This document shows positions 10,617 through 20,000 of a DNA stretch of 20,000 bases, one piece after another; position 1 is the first letter of the stretch; each line of letters starts with the position of its first letter. Both the position numbers and the translations under genes were made by a program. The stretch covers positions 48,348 to 68,347 of the forward strand of contig PS015018.1 in NCBI GenBank assembly GCA_048213135.1, written 5' to 3'. The notes beneath the pieces are model-generated. The model did no database searches. It had not been told where the DNA came from and saw only the letters and a list, made by a program, of their open reading frames with translations. The stretch is from Reclinomonas americana ATCC 50394 (Eukaryota).

Positions 10617-12522
10617 ATGCGCCCGATTCAATACCTGACCGAGGATCACAAGGTCCGCGTTCGAGAAATCCGCTCCATGACCTGGCTGCAGCACACTCGC
10701 GATGAGGTTGGTCGCGTTCTTTGTGTAGTGGAGAATGCCAACATCGTACTGTGTCTGTAGAAGCGATGGGGAAGATTTCATTCTCCTTCGTTGATCGTTG
10801 TCTCTCTCTCTGTCGCCAGATCTACGACGGTGCCTACGAGCTGCTTCTCGATTCGCCGCACATGCCACCGACGGTGCGCGTGGCCGACGTCATTTACGAG
10901 GTGCTCATGCGACGGCATGTGCACAAGAGCGTGGCGGATTTGGTGCGCTCGAGCTTGAGTGGCACACGCAGTTTTCCGTGGGGGGCTGACGCGGTGATTT
11001 CTCCTTGCGTTGCAGGTGTGGTACGACATTGCGCAGGCGATTCGTCGCCGTGCCGTGGGCGAGGATCGATCGCTGCGCCAGCTTTATCGCTTTCTGCGGA
11101 ATGTGAACACGGTGCCGGAGTTCATGTGCTACGCCTACGTGCGGGCGCTCACGGCGGCCAAGCTCGGTGCGCGAGACATTCAGTTGGCTGTGCCTGGTAT
11201 CGATGTTGCGTGCCGTGCAATGCACGCCCACTCTCTTTTTCCTCCCGTCCCATCTCATTGTGCGCGCAGTCCTCGTCGAGGAGAGTCGTGCACTTTGATC
11301 TGCCACTGGAGCTCGACGTGCACGACGTGACGGAGCAGCTGTTGCCGACACTGCGACTACTGCCCGGCCTAATTCCCGAGACCGCTGTGCAGCGCATTAC
11401 CGCCTTTGTTGCGGAGAAGCAGCAGGCGCATGCGCACTTGGGAGCGCCGAGCACCGTTGCTGCGCACGATCTGCTGCAGCTGGTGCTGGAGCACGCCGAC
11501 TACGACGCCATGTTTGCTGGCTCGGCGGCCGGTCTGCAGGACGCGGCACATGACTTGGTGTTGACCGGTTCGTTGTTGTCGCCACGGCATGTGCGGCGGT
11601 CGCATGTCGCCGGCGAGGAGTACGGCAGTGATCATCCGTCGTCGTTGCTGTCGGGCTCCTACGGCACCTCCGCGAAGCTGTCGCCGCCTGCGCCGCTGTC
11701 GTTTAGCTCGTTCCAACAGCCGTCGCCACGGTTGCATCAGCAACGGCAGGTGGACTTTGACGACGGCGACGGTGGTACATTCGGCGAGTCTGCCGACGAC
11801 GAGTACAATGTCGACAGTGACGACGATGATTACGATGGGGTGGAGGACGACAGCGGCGACGACGACGACGGTGACATGCAGCCAACTCGCACCATGCTGC
11901 CCATGTTTCCGGTGTGTGTGTGTGTTTTTTCGAGTGCCACCACTTGTTACTCTGTGTGGTATCCAGCACTCACCTCCCTCCTCCTCGCGCAGGATCACGA
12001 CAAGATCACGCAAGATCTCTTTCGTGAACTCGAGTCGATTGTGGGACCCGGTCGCTTGACAGCACTTTCGACCGCGCGTGGCTCGTCGACCTCACCAGGC
12101 AGCAGGTGCGTGTTGCTTGTGCGCTCGTGTCGTTGTACTTGGCTAGTTGAGTATAACATTGTGCTGTTGCCAATGTGCAGCGTGCCGGTGCGACCGAAAC
12201 CGCAGTCTGTTGCGGGCGGCCTCAGTCGTGAGTGTCTACGTCAGCAGCATGCACTGGTGTAATATTTCTCTTCTCACTATCATCGATGTGTGTGCGCGTG
12301 CGTCACAGCCGGAAGATCAAGTGGGGCCACGCGTGCTGGATCGGATGGGGTGAGTAGATCAAATATCCGTTCTCTCGCGCCTCGCTCTCACCACTCGCCG
12401 CACAGCCTGTGATGATTGACATTTCCGCCCCTCCGCGGAATGAGTTGGCGGAGCGTGAGCAGTTTCTGCGGCAGGTGGAAACAGCGGCCGACGAACTCAC
12501 CCGACGCGAATCAGAACGCGTG

Positions 12523-12558
<36 letters not shown>

Positions 12559-13598
12559 TTGGCGGTGCCGACGTTGCAAAAGACACCGGTTCGCTACTCT
12601 CACGTCTCTCGTGGAGAATTTTCGCATCTCATTGATACTCTCGTAGGATGGCGATGCGACAAGAGGCGGCGGCGGTGGCGGCGGCGCGGGTGATGGTGGT
12701 GGCGGCAATAGTGGACCGACCTCGCTCGAGTCATCGTTTGCCAGCCTCGGTGACGAACCGAGTCGCGAGTGGTCGTCGGTGGACGAGTCATTACTCGGCG
12801 GGGCAACTGCAGACGGCGGTGACGATGCCGGTCCGCTGCACTTTGACTCTGATCTGTCGGCTCTCCGACACACCTTCCAGCCGCTCAGCTCAGCTGGCGA
12901 TAGTGGTGCCGGTGGCAGTGGTGGGTGGATGGAGAGAACGTGGGTGTGTCTTGTTGTGGTGATACGTGTGTGCTCATTACCTACCGTACGCAGCTCCCAC
13001 GTCATCGTTCCTCGAGCTGCCTGTCCCCGTATCGCAATCTCGAGAGTCGCCGCGATCGTCGGCATCGTCCACGCCGTCGGCAGCTCGCATGCAGTCCATT
13101 CTCGAGGAGTACGATCGACTGAATGCCGAACGCAGCACACGTCGTCTCTCGTCGGAACCTGTACCGCCGGCACGAAAGCACCCAGTTCTGCAGCCTATTG
13201 TTATGGAGACGGCAGCCTTGGTGGACTCGGCCACGTCGCCGGTGGAGCACCCGTCGTCCACTGGCTCCGACACCAGACCATCGCGATCGACCGCCAGCGG
13301 CGGAGTGGTCAACAGCGGCACGCAACCGAGTGACGACGATGGAGACGACGAACGAGAGGAGGGCGACGGCGGCGACGATGACGATGACGATGACGACGAC
13401 GACGAGGGCGGCGACTTTGACAGCTACAGTTCCGAAGACGAGGAACTCACCGAGGCCGATTTGCTGGCGATTCTCGAAGACGCCAAGTGGAAAGCCGAAA
13501 TCGCCACGCTGGTCACCGAGGCTCGTGCCGAGTTTGAGCTGGAGCAAGACAGTGATCGCTTCGTGCGCCGGTACAGCTCGCAGTTCCCGTTGCAGTGA
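10617..13598 (+). CDS. Hypothetical multi-exon protein: helical N-terminal domain, then long acidic, Ser-rich, poly-Gln and poly-Gly low-complexity regions (5' end may lie in the gap)
   Basis: Nine GT-AG introns (donors at about 10707, 10943, 11205, 11912, 12106, 12228, 12350, 12589, 12921) join in frame: MRPIQYLTEDHKVRVREIRSMTWLQHTRDE|IYDGAYELL...HKSVADL|VWYDIAQAIRRR...PGID|SSSRRVVHFDLPLE...EQDSDRFVRRYSSQFPLQ*. Confidence 0.75.
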
Positions 13599-13653
13599 AA
13601 CCATGCAAGTCAATTTTCCCGCCAGCATTTTGTTCTGCATCGCAAACCACCCC

Positions 13654-13996
13654 ATGAGAGGAGCACAGACTCTCATCGGCGTCGTCGTCCTCGTCGGCAC
13701 ACTATGTGTGCTTGCCTCACGCGCCACCGCGCTGCTCGGGGGTAAGAGCGTCGCAGCACATGAGCGTGACAGTGGGAGTTTGTGCACACTCACCTCTCTC
13801 TCTCTCTCGCAGGAGGCTTCGGCGGTGGCTCTCTCTTCTCTGGAGGCTCTCTGACGCTGCAGTATCAGCCACACTCGTTCCCCATTGCCGTGATCGCATA
13901 CAACAGACCCGACTATCTGCGACGCACACTCGAGTCGCTGTTGAAGGCAGACGGTGTCGACGCCACACAGATTGTCATCTATCAGGCACGGATGTC

Positions 13997-14068
<72 letters not shown>

Positions 14069-14204
14069 AGTAGTAGTAGTAGTAGTAGTGTGTGTGTGTG
14101 TGTCGACGACGGTACGGTACCGGTACGTACGTAGTAGGTACGGGTACGACGACGACGCGTCGACGTACGTCGTCGACGTACTTCNNNNNNNNNNNNNNNN
14201 NNNN

Positions 14205-14296
<92 letters not shown>

Positions 14297-16213
14297 CAAG
14301 AGGTTGATGATGAGTTGTCTTGTGCGTGCAGGACGGCTATGATGAGGGCGTGGATCGCGTGGCGCAAGAGTTTGTCGCCTCGCATAGCATGCGACACGTG
14401 CAGCACCCGCGCGTGCTCATTCGCAGTGAGGGCGCCGAGTTCATCGCCGACATGTACGCGTTCGTGCTGGAGCATGTGTTTGGCGAGTTTCCCGAGACCA
14501 AGGCATGACGAGGGAGGAGAGGTGTCATGATGGTTTTTCGTGCTGGCTGACTCGCTGGCGTGCTCGTGCACAGCATGCTATTATCATGGAGGATGATCTG
14601 GAGGTGGCCGCGGATATTTTGTGGTACTTTGCCATGATGGCACCGCTGCTCGATCGTGAGGAGGGCGAGCACACGTCCGTGGAAGTCGACGCCACTGTCA
14701 TGGCCATCAGCGCCTACAACGACAATGGCTTCGAGGGCCGTGTGCGCTTCACGAATCAGATGCATCGCACCAACTATTTTGTCGGTATGTTGCTTCTCTG
14801 CTCTTGTGACCGATGTGTGGACGTACGACCCACCGCCCCACCACTTCTGCTGCAGGACTGGGTTGGCTGTGCAGTCGGTGGCTGGCGGAGGAGCTGTTGC
14901 CGCAGTGGCCGAGTACGCATTGGGACATGTGGATTCGCAAGTCGGCCATTGCGAAGAATCGTGTGACGCTGTATCCTGAAGTGAGTCTCCCTCGTTGTTG
15001 TGTGGGAGTTGTCTGCTGAGGTTGTCGCTGCTGCAGATCTCGCGCGTGTATCACTTTGGCGAGGTTGGCACGCACACTTCCCTCGTGCCGACAACCATGT
15101 ATTCGCGCATCGTGTTGGCCAGCAGTGCCGCCAGTTGCGTCGCTCTCATGTTGTGGAGGACCATAAACAGTAGATCTCATGGTGAGCGGGCAGGAATTCT
15201 GGACTGGAGACGGTACCGAGAGGCGGACTATGACGCCTTCTTGCAGCAGCAGTTGGTGTCGGCGGTGAGCGTGTCCACCATGGACGAACTCGAGGCCGTG
15301 GCCGACATGGTCACGTCGCAGCCGGTGGTCATGTGGCTCTCTCTTGGAAAAGATGAGGTTTCGTGCACCACCACCTACCAACCTACCCTCCTCTCCATTC
15401 TCTTACATGACTGTCGGTGCAGGAAATCTGGCAATTCGTCGCAAGTGTGTTTGAGCTGTGGCCCAACAGCAACCCCATTCGCAACTCCTACAAGGGTTCG
15501 TGGATACTGCGTGTGGGAGTGTGTGTGCCCTCGGCGGCCCATTAGGGTGTGGCTTTCCTGACTGCAGGTGTCATTCCACTGTGGTATCGCGAGAGACGAC
15601 TGTACTTTGTGCTGGACACGTCGCCGTTTGCCACTCTGCGACCTGCTGTGGTCCCTGTGATTCCGGCCAACTACTGGCACCGGGTGCGCGTGTACTTTGT
15701 GTGGAAGATGCAGCGCCGTCACTGACACTCTCAACCACGCACCAGATGGAGTTGTCGCAGCTCAACGAGTCGTGCGAGGACGCCTGCTGGCGCCACAAGC
15801 TGCACTGTGTCGTTGCGCGCGCCCACCAGCCAACTTGGTCTCTTCGCTAACCCACCCCGTCTCACTCGAGTGTGCGGTGTGTCGCAGCCGGCGCTATTCT
15901 TCGCCTTTAATCAGTGCGCATCGCTGCGCAAGATCTTTACGTGCGCCAGTTGCGTGGAGAAGAACGCCGACATGGGACCGGGCTTTGAGATGCAGGTGTG
16001 CCACCGTGCATACGCTCCACAGGTTTTCTTTCCTCACTTGCCGCTCAGGATCGGTCGTGCGTCTTCGACAGCGGCCTCGACGGTAGTCGCGAAAGCAACT
16101 GCTCACGTCGCAGTGCCACCTTTCATCAGCTGTGCCCGTGCGCCCGAGAAACACCCTCCGGCCGATGGACCCTGGTCTCCCGAGCACCTGCTCGCCCCAC
16201 ATCGCAATCATAG
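13654..16213 (+). CDS. GT13 family beta-1,2-N-acetylglucosaminyltransferase (GnT-I/POMGNT1-like) with N-terminal signal/anchor and C-terminal Cys-rich domain
   Basis: Twelve exons. GT13 motifs: IAVIAYNRPDYLRRTLESLL, IVIYQ|DG, IIMEDDLEVAAD (DxD-like EDD), ISAYNDNG, RTNYFVG|LGW, WPSTHWDMWIR, PE|ISRVYHFG. Hydrophobic leader MRGAQTLIGVVVLVGTLCVLASRATA. An alternative in-frame ATG lies at 13603. Confidence 0.9.
14000..14296. repeat. (GA)n microsatellite inside GT13 intron 2, interrupted by a 20-N gap
   Basis: GA repeats at 14000-14070 and 14209-14296. Confidence 0.95.
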
Positions 16214-16287
16214 ACTACTGCCAGCGTCGCATAAAGAACTTTTGTCGTCCTTCAATCGTCCTCCTTCCCATCACACAGCGCCTTGAC

Positions 16288-18250
16288 ATGAGCCACGGCA
16301 CTCCAAGGGGAGGCTCAGTGGCCATCAACAGCCCGTACACCGCGGGCAACTCGACGGCATTCCGCTCAGGGTCCACCGATGACATGCTGCGCATGGACGA
16401 CACCGGCAAGATCAACGACAGTCTCACCCCTGTCGACGGTGACGATGAGAAGCTGGGCTTGCTGGTGCACGGGGAGCGTGACAGACGACCAGCGGAAAGC
16501 TCGTTGCGTGTTGGAGGGAGAGAGGGAGAGGGAGAGAAAGAATGTGTGCGTGTGTGTGTGACTGATGATGCGTGCTCGAGCAGATGGGCAATCGCACTCT
16601 TCAACTTTATCAAGTCGTTCATCGCCTCGGGCATTCTCGCCATGCCGTTCGCCTTCAAGCAGTCCGGCACACTGGTGAGTGGTGTGATGCACTGTCTGTC
16701 TCGTGCGTGTGTGTGCGTGTGTTGACACTCTCTCCCTCGCAGTTGGGCGTGATTCTGATGGTGGTGTGCACCGTCGGCGCCGGCTACTGCATGTTCCTGC
16801 TCATTGAGATCACCAAGACGAAGCCTATGGGAGTCATCAACGAGTACGCACTCGTTGGCAAGCTGGCTTTCGGAGAGCTCGGCGTGCAAATGGTGACTGC
16901 GGAAGAACCAGCCAGAGCTGTAGGGAAGAGGCACTCACTCGGCCTTTTTGCAGATTGACGCGTTTCTGGTGCTGACCCAAGTCGGCTTTTGTTGCGCGTA
17001 CATGATCTTCCTCGGCACCATCCTGTCGTCGCTCATTCCCGCCCTCAACCACTACGAGTGGATTCTGATTGCGTTGCCGGTGGTGATTCCGCTCAACTTT
17101 TTGCGTGATGTCCACAAGCTGGCGCCGTTCTCCATGGTTGCTCTCTGCTGCGCCATGGTGGCCATTGTTGTCGTGTCTGGTGAGTGTGTGTGTGTGTGTG
17201 TGTGCGTGTGTGCCGTGGACGAGAGCGTGTGCCATGTACTAACGGAGCGGCAGTGTTTGCCGGCGAGCACATCACGTCGCTGCCGGCCGGCTGGGCCAAG
17301 ACGCGCTCGTTGGCCACTTGGAATTTCCCGGTGGCCATCGGCACCTTTGTGTACGCTGTCGAGGGCATTGGCCTGGTCATTCCCATCTACAACACGCTGC
17401 GCAACAAGGATCGCTACCCGTCGATCATCATTGTCGGCATGGTGGTCATGTCGCTGCTCACCACTGGCTTTGGTTTCTTCGGGTACCTGGCGTACGGCGA
17501 TCAAGACACCAAAGACAACATCATCGACAGCATTCCCAGCCACAGCATCTTCACCAGTTGCGTGCGTACGGTGCATTTTCTTGCAAGATGAGCTGCCAAC
17601 CAATTTACACTTGTGTGTGTGCGTGCGCAGAAATCATCAAGTACATTCTCTGCGTCGTGATGCTGTTCACGTGCGTGTGTCGTGTGGTTGCCAGTGTGTG
17701 TGTGCGCGCGCGCAGTCATGTGTGCTAACAGCATTGCCCTTCTTCACAGGTACCCCATGCAGATGAACCCGGTGCTGGATCTGACAGAGCGCCGTATCTT
17801 CCGCAAGTATCCGTGCGTATCTCAGTGCTCTCGTCTCTCTGTGTAATCGCGCTGGCGATCTTACCCTCTCGTTCTGCCCTGCAAGTGTGTTGGATCGACC
17901 AACGTGGTGGGTGAATGCGTGGCGTGCGCTGCTCGTGGTGACCACGGCGCTGGTGGCCATGGGCATCCCGCATTTCGGCGACTTCATCTCGGTGATTGGC
18001 TCGGCCGGCAGCACCATGCTCGCGTTCACTTTCCCCGCCCTCTTCCACTGGAAGGTGCTGCGCAATACGCTTTCGCTACGACAGGTATGCGTGTGCGTGT
18101 GCATTTTTGTTTACGACGCTTGCTGATCCCCCCACCTGCCTGCTGCGACAGAAAATCATCGATTGGACTTTTGTGATTGTCGGCAGCATTTTGTGTGTCG
18201 TCTGCACCACGTTCTCGGTGTGGAACCTCGTCAAGGTTATGACATCGTAG
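16288..18250 (+). CDS. Amino-acid/auxin permease family transporter (Aa_trans; SLC36/AVT3-like proton-coupled amino-acid transporter)
   Basis: Nine exons. Motifs FNFIKSFIASGILAMPFAFKQSG, TQVGFCCAYMIF, FVYAVEGIGLVIPI, GFFGYLAYG, FT|YPMQMNP, IPHFGDFISVIGS, AFTFPALFH; many hydrophobic helices. Confidence 0.93.
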
Positions 18251-18456
18251 TTTTAGAGCGTGATCAATATTTTTGCCACCACGCCCCCCAAACAACAACA
18301 ACTCATAGTGAATTCATCATCATCAACAACACCCCTCCCTAAACAAACAACGAAAACAATCAACGAAACAACAACAACAACATAACTCTAGCACAGCAAC
18401 AAACAGGTTACAGATGCGACTACAGTTGTACAGCAGTGTGTGTATGAGCCTGCTCG

Positions 18457-19030
18457 TCACGCCTCGACACCGACGTCTTGCGGTGCATCGGCGGCCACTC
18501 CCAGCAACTCGGGCGACGCTGCTCCTGCGCCCTCCGACTCGTCATGTACAACAAAGTTGACCACACCGTCGCTGGCCAGACAGAGTCGCTCAATGTGGTC
18601 GAGAACGCCAACAGGAGGCAAGTTTCCTGCACGTCGTCGCCAGTGAGCACCCTCACCGGCAAAGGCAATAAACCAAAGGGAAAACAGAAGCAGCAACGCA
18701 ACTCAGCGCGTACAACGAGCGCAGAGTGGGACACGACCGCGAGTATGCAACTCGCGCCAATGCCAGCGTGTGCATCCTGGCGCCACACACTGCCGCCACT
18801 CGCAGAGTGAGTACATGAGACACGCACGCGAGCGTCATTCGTGTTGTACGCAACTCGAGGCCGCAAACTTGCGCAGTGAGCGGTTCTGAGCAACGCCCTC
18901 GGCGATTCTCACAATGTGCCGATTGAACGAGTTCTCTGTAGCAGCCAAATGACGTGAGCGGTGCAATGGAGGAGAGATGTGAGGCGGGTTGTGACGCAGG
19001 ACGCAACTCGAAATCGACATTTCTTCCAGA
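18457..19030 (-). CDS. RNI-like leucine-rich-repeat protein, C-terminal exons
   Basis: Exons 19030-19008, 18935-18855, 18789-18703, 18626-18457 give LEEMSISKNSFNRHIVRIAEGVAQNRSLRKFAASMCGARMHTLALARVAYSRSCPTLRSLYALRNLPPVGVLDHIERLCLASDG...VEA*. Confidence 0.75.
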
Positions 19031-19511
19031 NNNNNNNNNNNNNNNNNNNNNNNNNNNNNNNNNNNNNNNNNNNNNNNNNNNNNNNNNNNNNNNNNNNNNN
19101 NNNNNNNNNNNNNNNNNNNNNNNNNNNNNNNNNNNNNNNNNNNNNNNNNNNNNNNNNNNNNNNNNNNNNNNNNNNNNNNNNNNNNNNNNNNNNNNNNNNN
19201 NNNNNNNNNNNNNNNNNNNNNNNNNNNNNNNNNNNNNNNNNNNNNNNNNNNNNNNNNNNNNNNNNNNNNNNNNNNNNNNNNNNNNNNNNNNNNNNNNNNN
19301 NNNNNNNNNNNNNNNNNNNNNNNNNNNNNNNNNNNNNNNNNNNNNNNNNNNNNNNNNNNNNNNNNNNNNNNNNNNNNNNNNNNNNNNNNNNNNNNNNNNN
19401 NNNNNNNNNNNNNNNNNNNNNNNNNNNNNNNNNNNNNNNNNNNNNNNNNNNNNNNNNNNNNNNNNNNNNNNNNNNNNNNNNNNNNNNNNNNNNNNNNNNN
19501 NNNNNNNNNNN

Positions 19512-20000
19512 CCGCTGCGGAACGTGGATGTGGCGGCCAACCATTTCGACATGAGTGCATCTCGCGCACTGGCGGCTGCGCTCGCCACCGACTGGCCAGT
19601 GGAGTCGCTGTCGCTGTGCGGCTGCTCCATCAGCGCCGCTCTGCTCGAGCCGTTTGCGGATTTGTTGAGTTGCCATCCGACTCTGTCGACGCTTTCGCTC
19701 GCCTGGAATCCGCTGTGGGGCGGCGGTGCGACGCTGCTTGCGCGTGGATTCGCAAGTGGCAAGTCGGCACTGAGCGTGTTGGATTTGCACAACTCGCGAC
19801 TGTCGGACGCAGGGGCGCAAGTACTGCTGCGCTCGCTCGTACACGTGCCCCATTTGCGCGTTCTCAACATGTCCAGTTGCGTCGCACTCCTTTGCAAGTA
19901 CCGCTTGCGCACTACATGCTAACCTCGCGCCACCAGATGTGAGCATGCAGTCGGCAGAAACAGCCGAGTGCATCTACGAACTGCTGCTGGTCAGCGAGCA
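19512..20000 (+). CDS. RNI-like leucine-rich-repeat protein, internal fragment
   Basis: About 28-aa LRRs (LRNVDVAANHF, VESLSLCGCSI, LSTLSLAWNPL, LSVLDLHNSRL, LRVLNMS|NVSM). Intron 19876-19936 carries a GCTAAC branch point. Confidence 0.85.

Noticed and set aside
15949-15955. A|GTTGCGT motif inside the GT13 Cys-rich exon
   Set aside because: Use as a donor would break the frame with the phase-0 acceptor at 16048. Counted as exonic, which shows the motif alone is not sufficient for splicing.
17807-17885. Possible U12-type intron (GTATCC at 17807)
   Set aside because: It reads GTATCCGT, not GTATCCTT, with no CCTTAAC branch site; a standard C|GTGCGT donor in the same phase lies at 17813.
759-19936. 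GTTGCGT introns as a transposon-derived introner family
   Set aside because: Intron bodies, lengths and 3' ends share no similarity beyond the first 7 nt, and no terminal inverted repeats or target duplications are visible.

Overview
Gapped draft scaffold from a compact, intron-rich, GC-rich eukaryote, probably a protist; the organism cannot be identified from sequence alone. Manual splicing gives about 45 short introns (mostly 60-100 nt) in: a homeobox gene (-), RPL35 (-, last exon not visible), MOB1 (-, exons in permuted order across gaps), an acidic/low-complexity orphan protein (+), a GT13 GlcNAc-transferase with a MGAT5-like Cys-rich C-terminal domain (+), an SLC36/AAAP amino-acid transporter (+), and an RNI-like LRR gene split across a gap in opposite orientations. 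The most striking signal is the splice code. About 15 of 45 donors read H|GTTGCGT (also GTTGCGC, GTTGAGC, GTTTCG), the local GTGCGT/GTGAGT consensus with one extra T, so the conserved G moves from +5 to +6. This form occurs almost only when the exon does not end in G. Also notable are two adjacent GC-AG introns and 55-74 nt spacers between co-oriented genes. All gene models were built by eye without RNA evidence.
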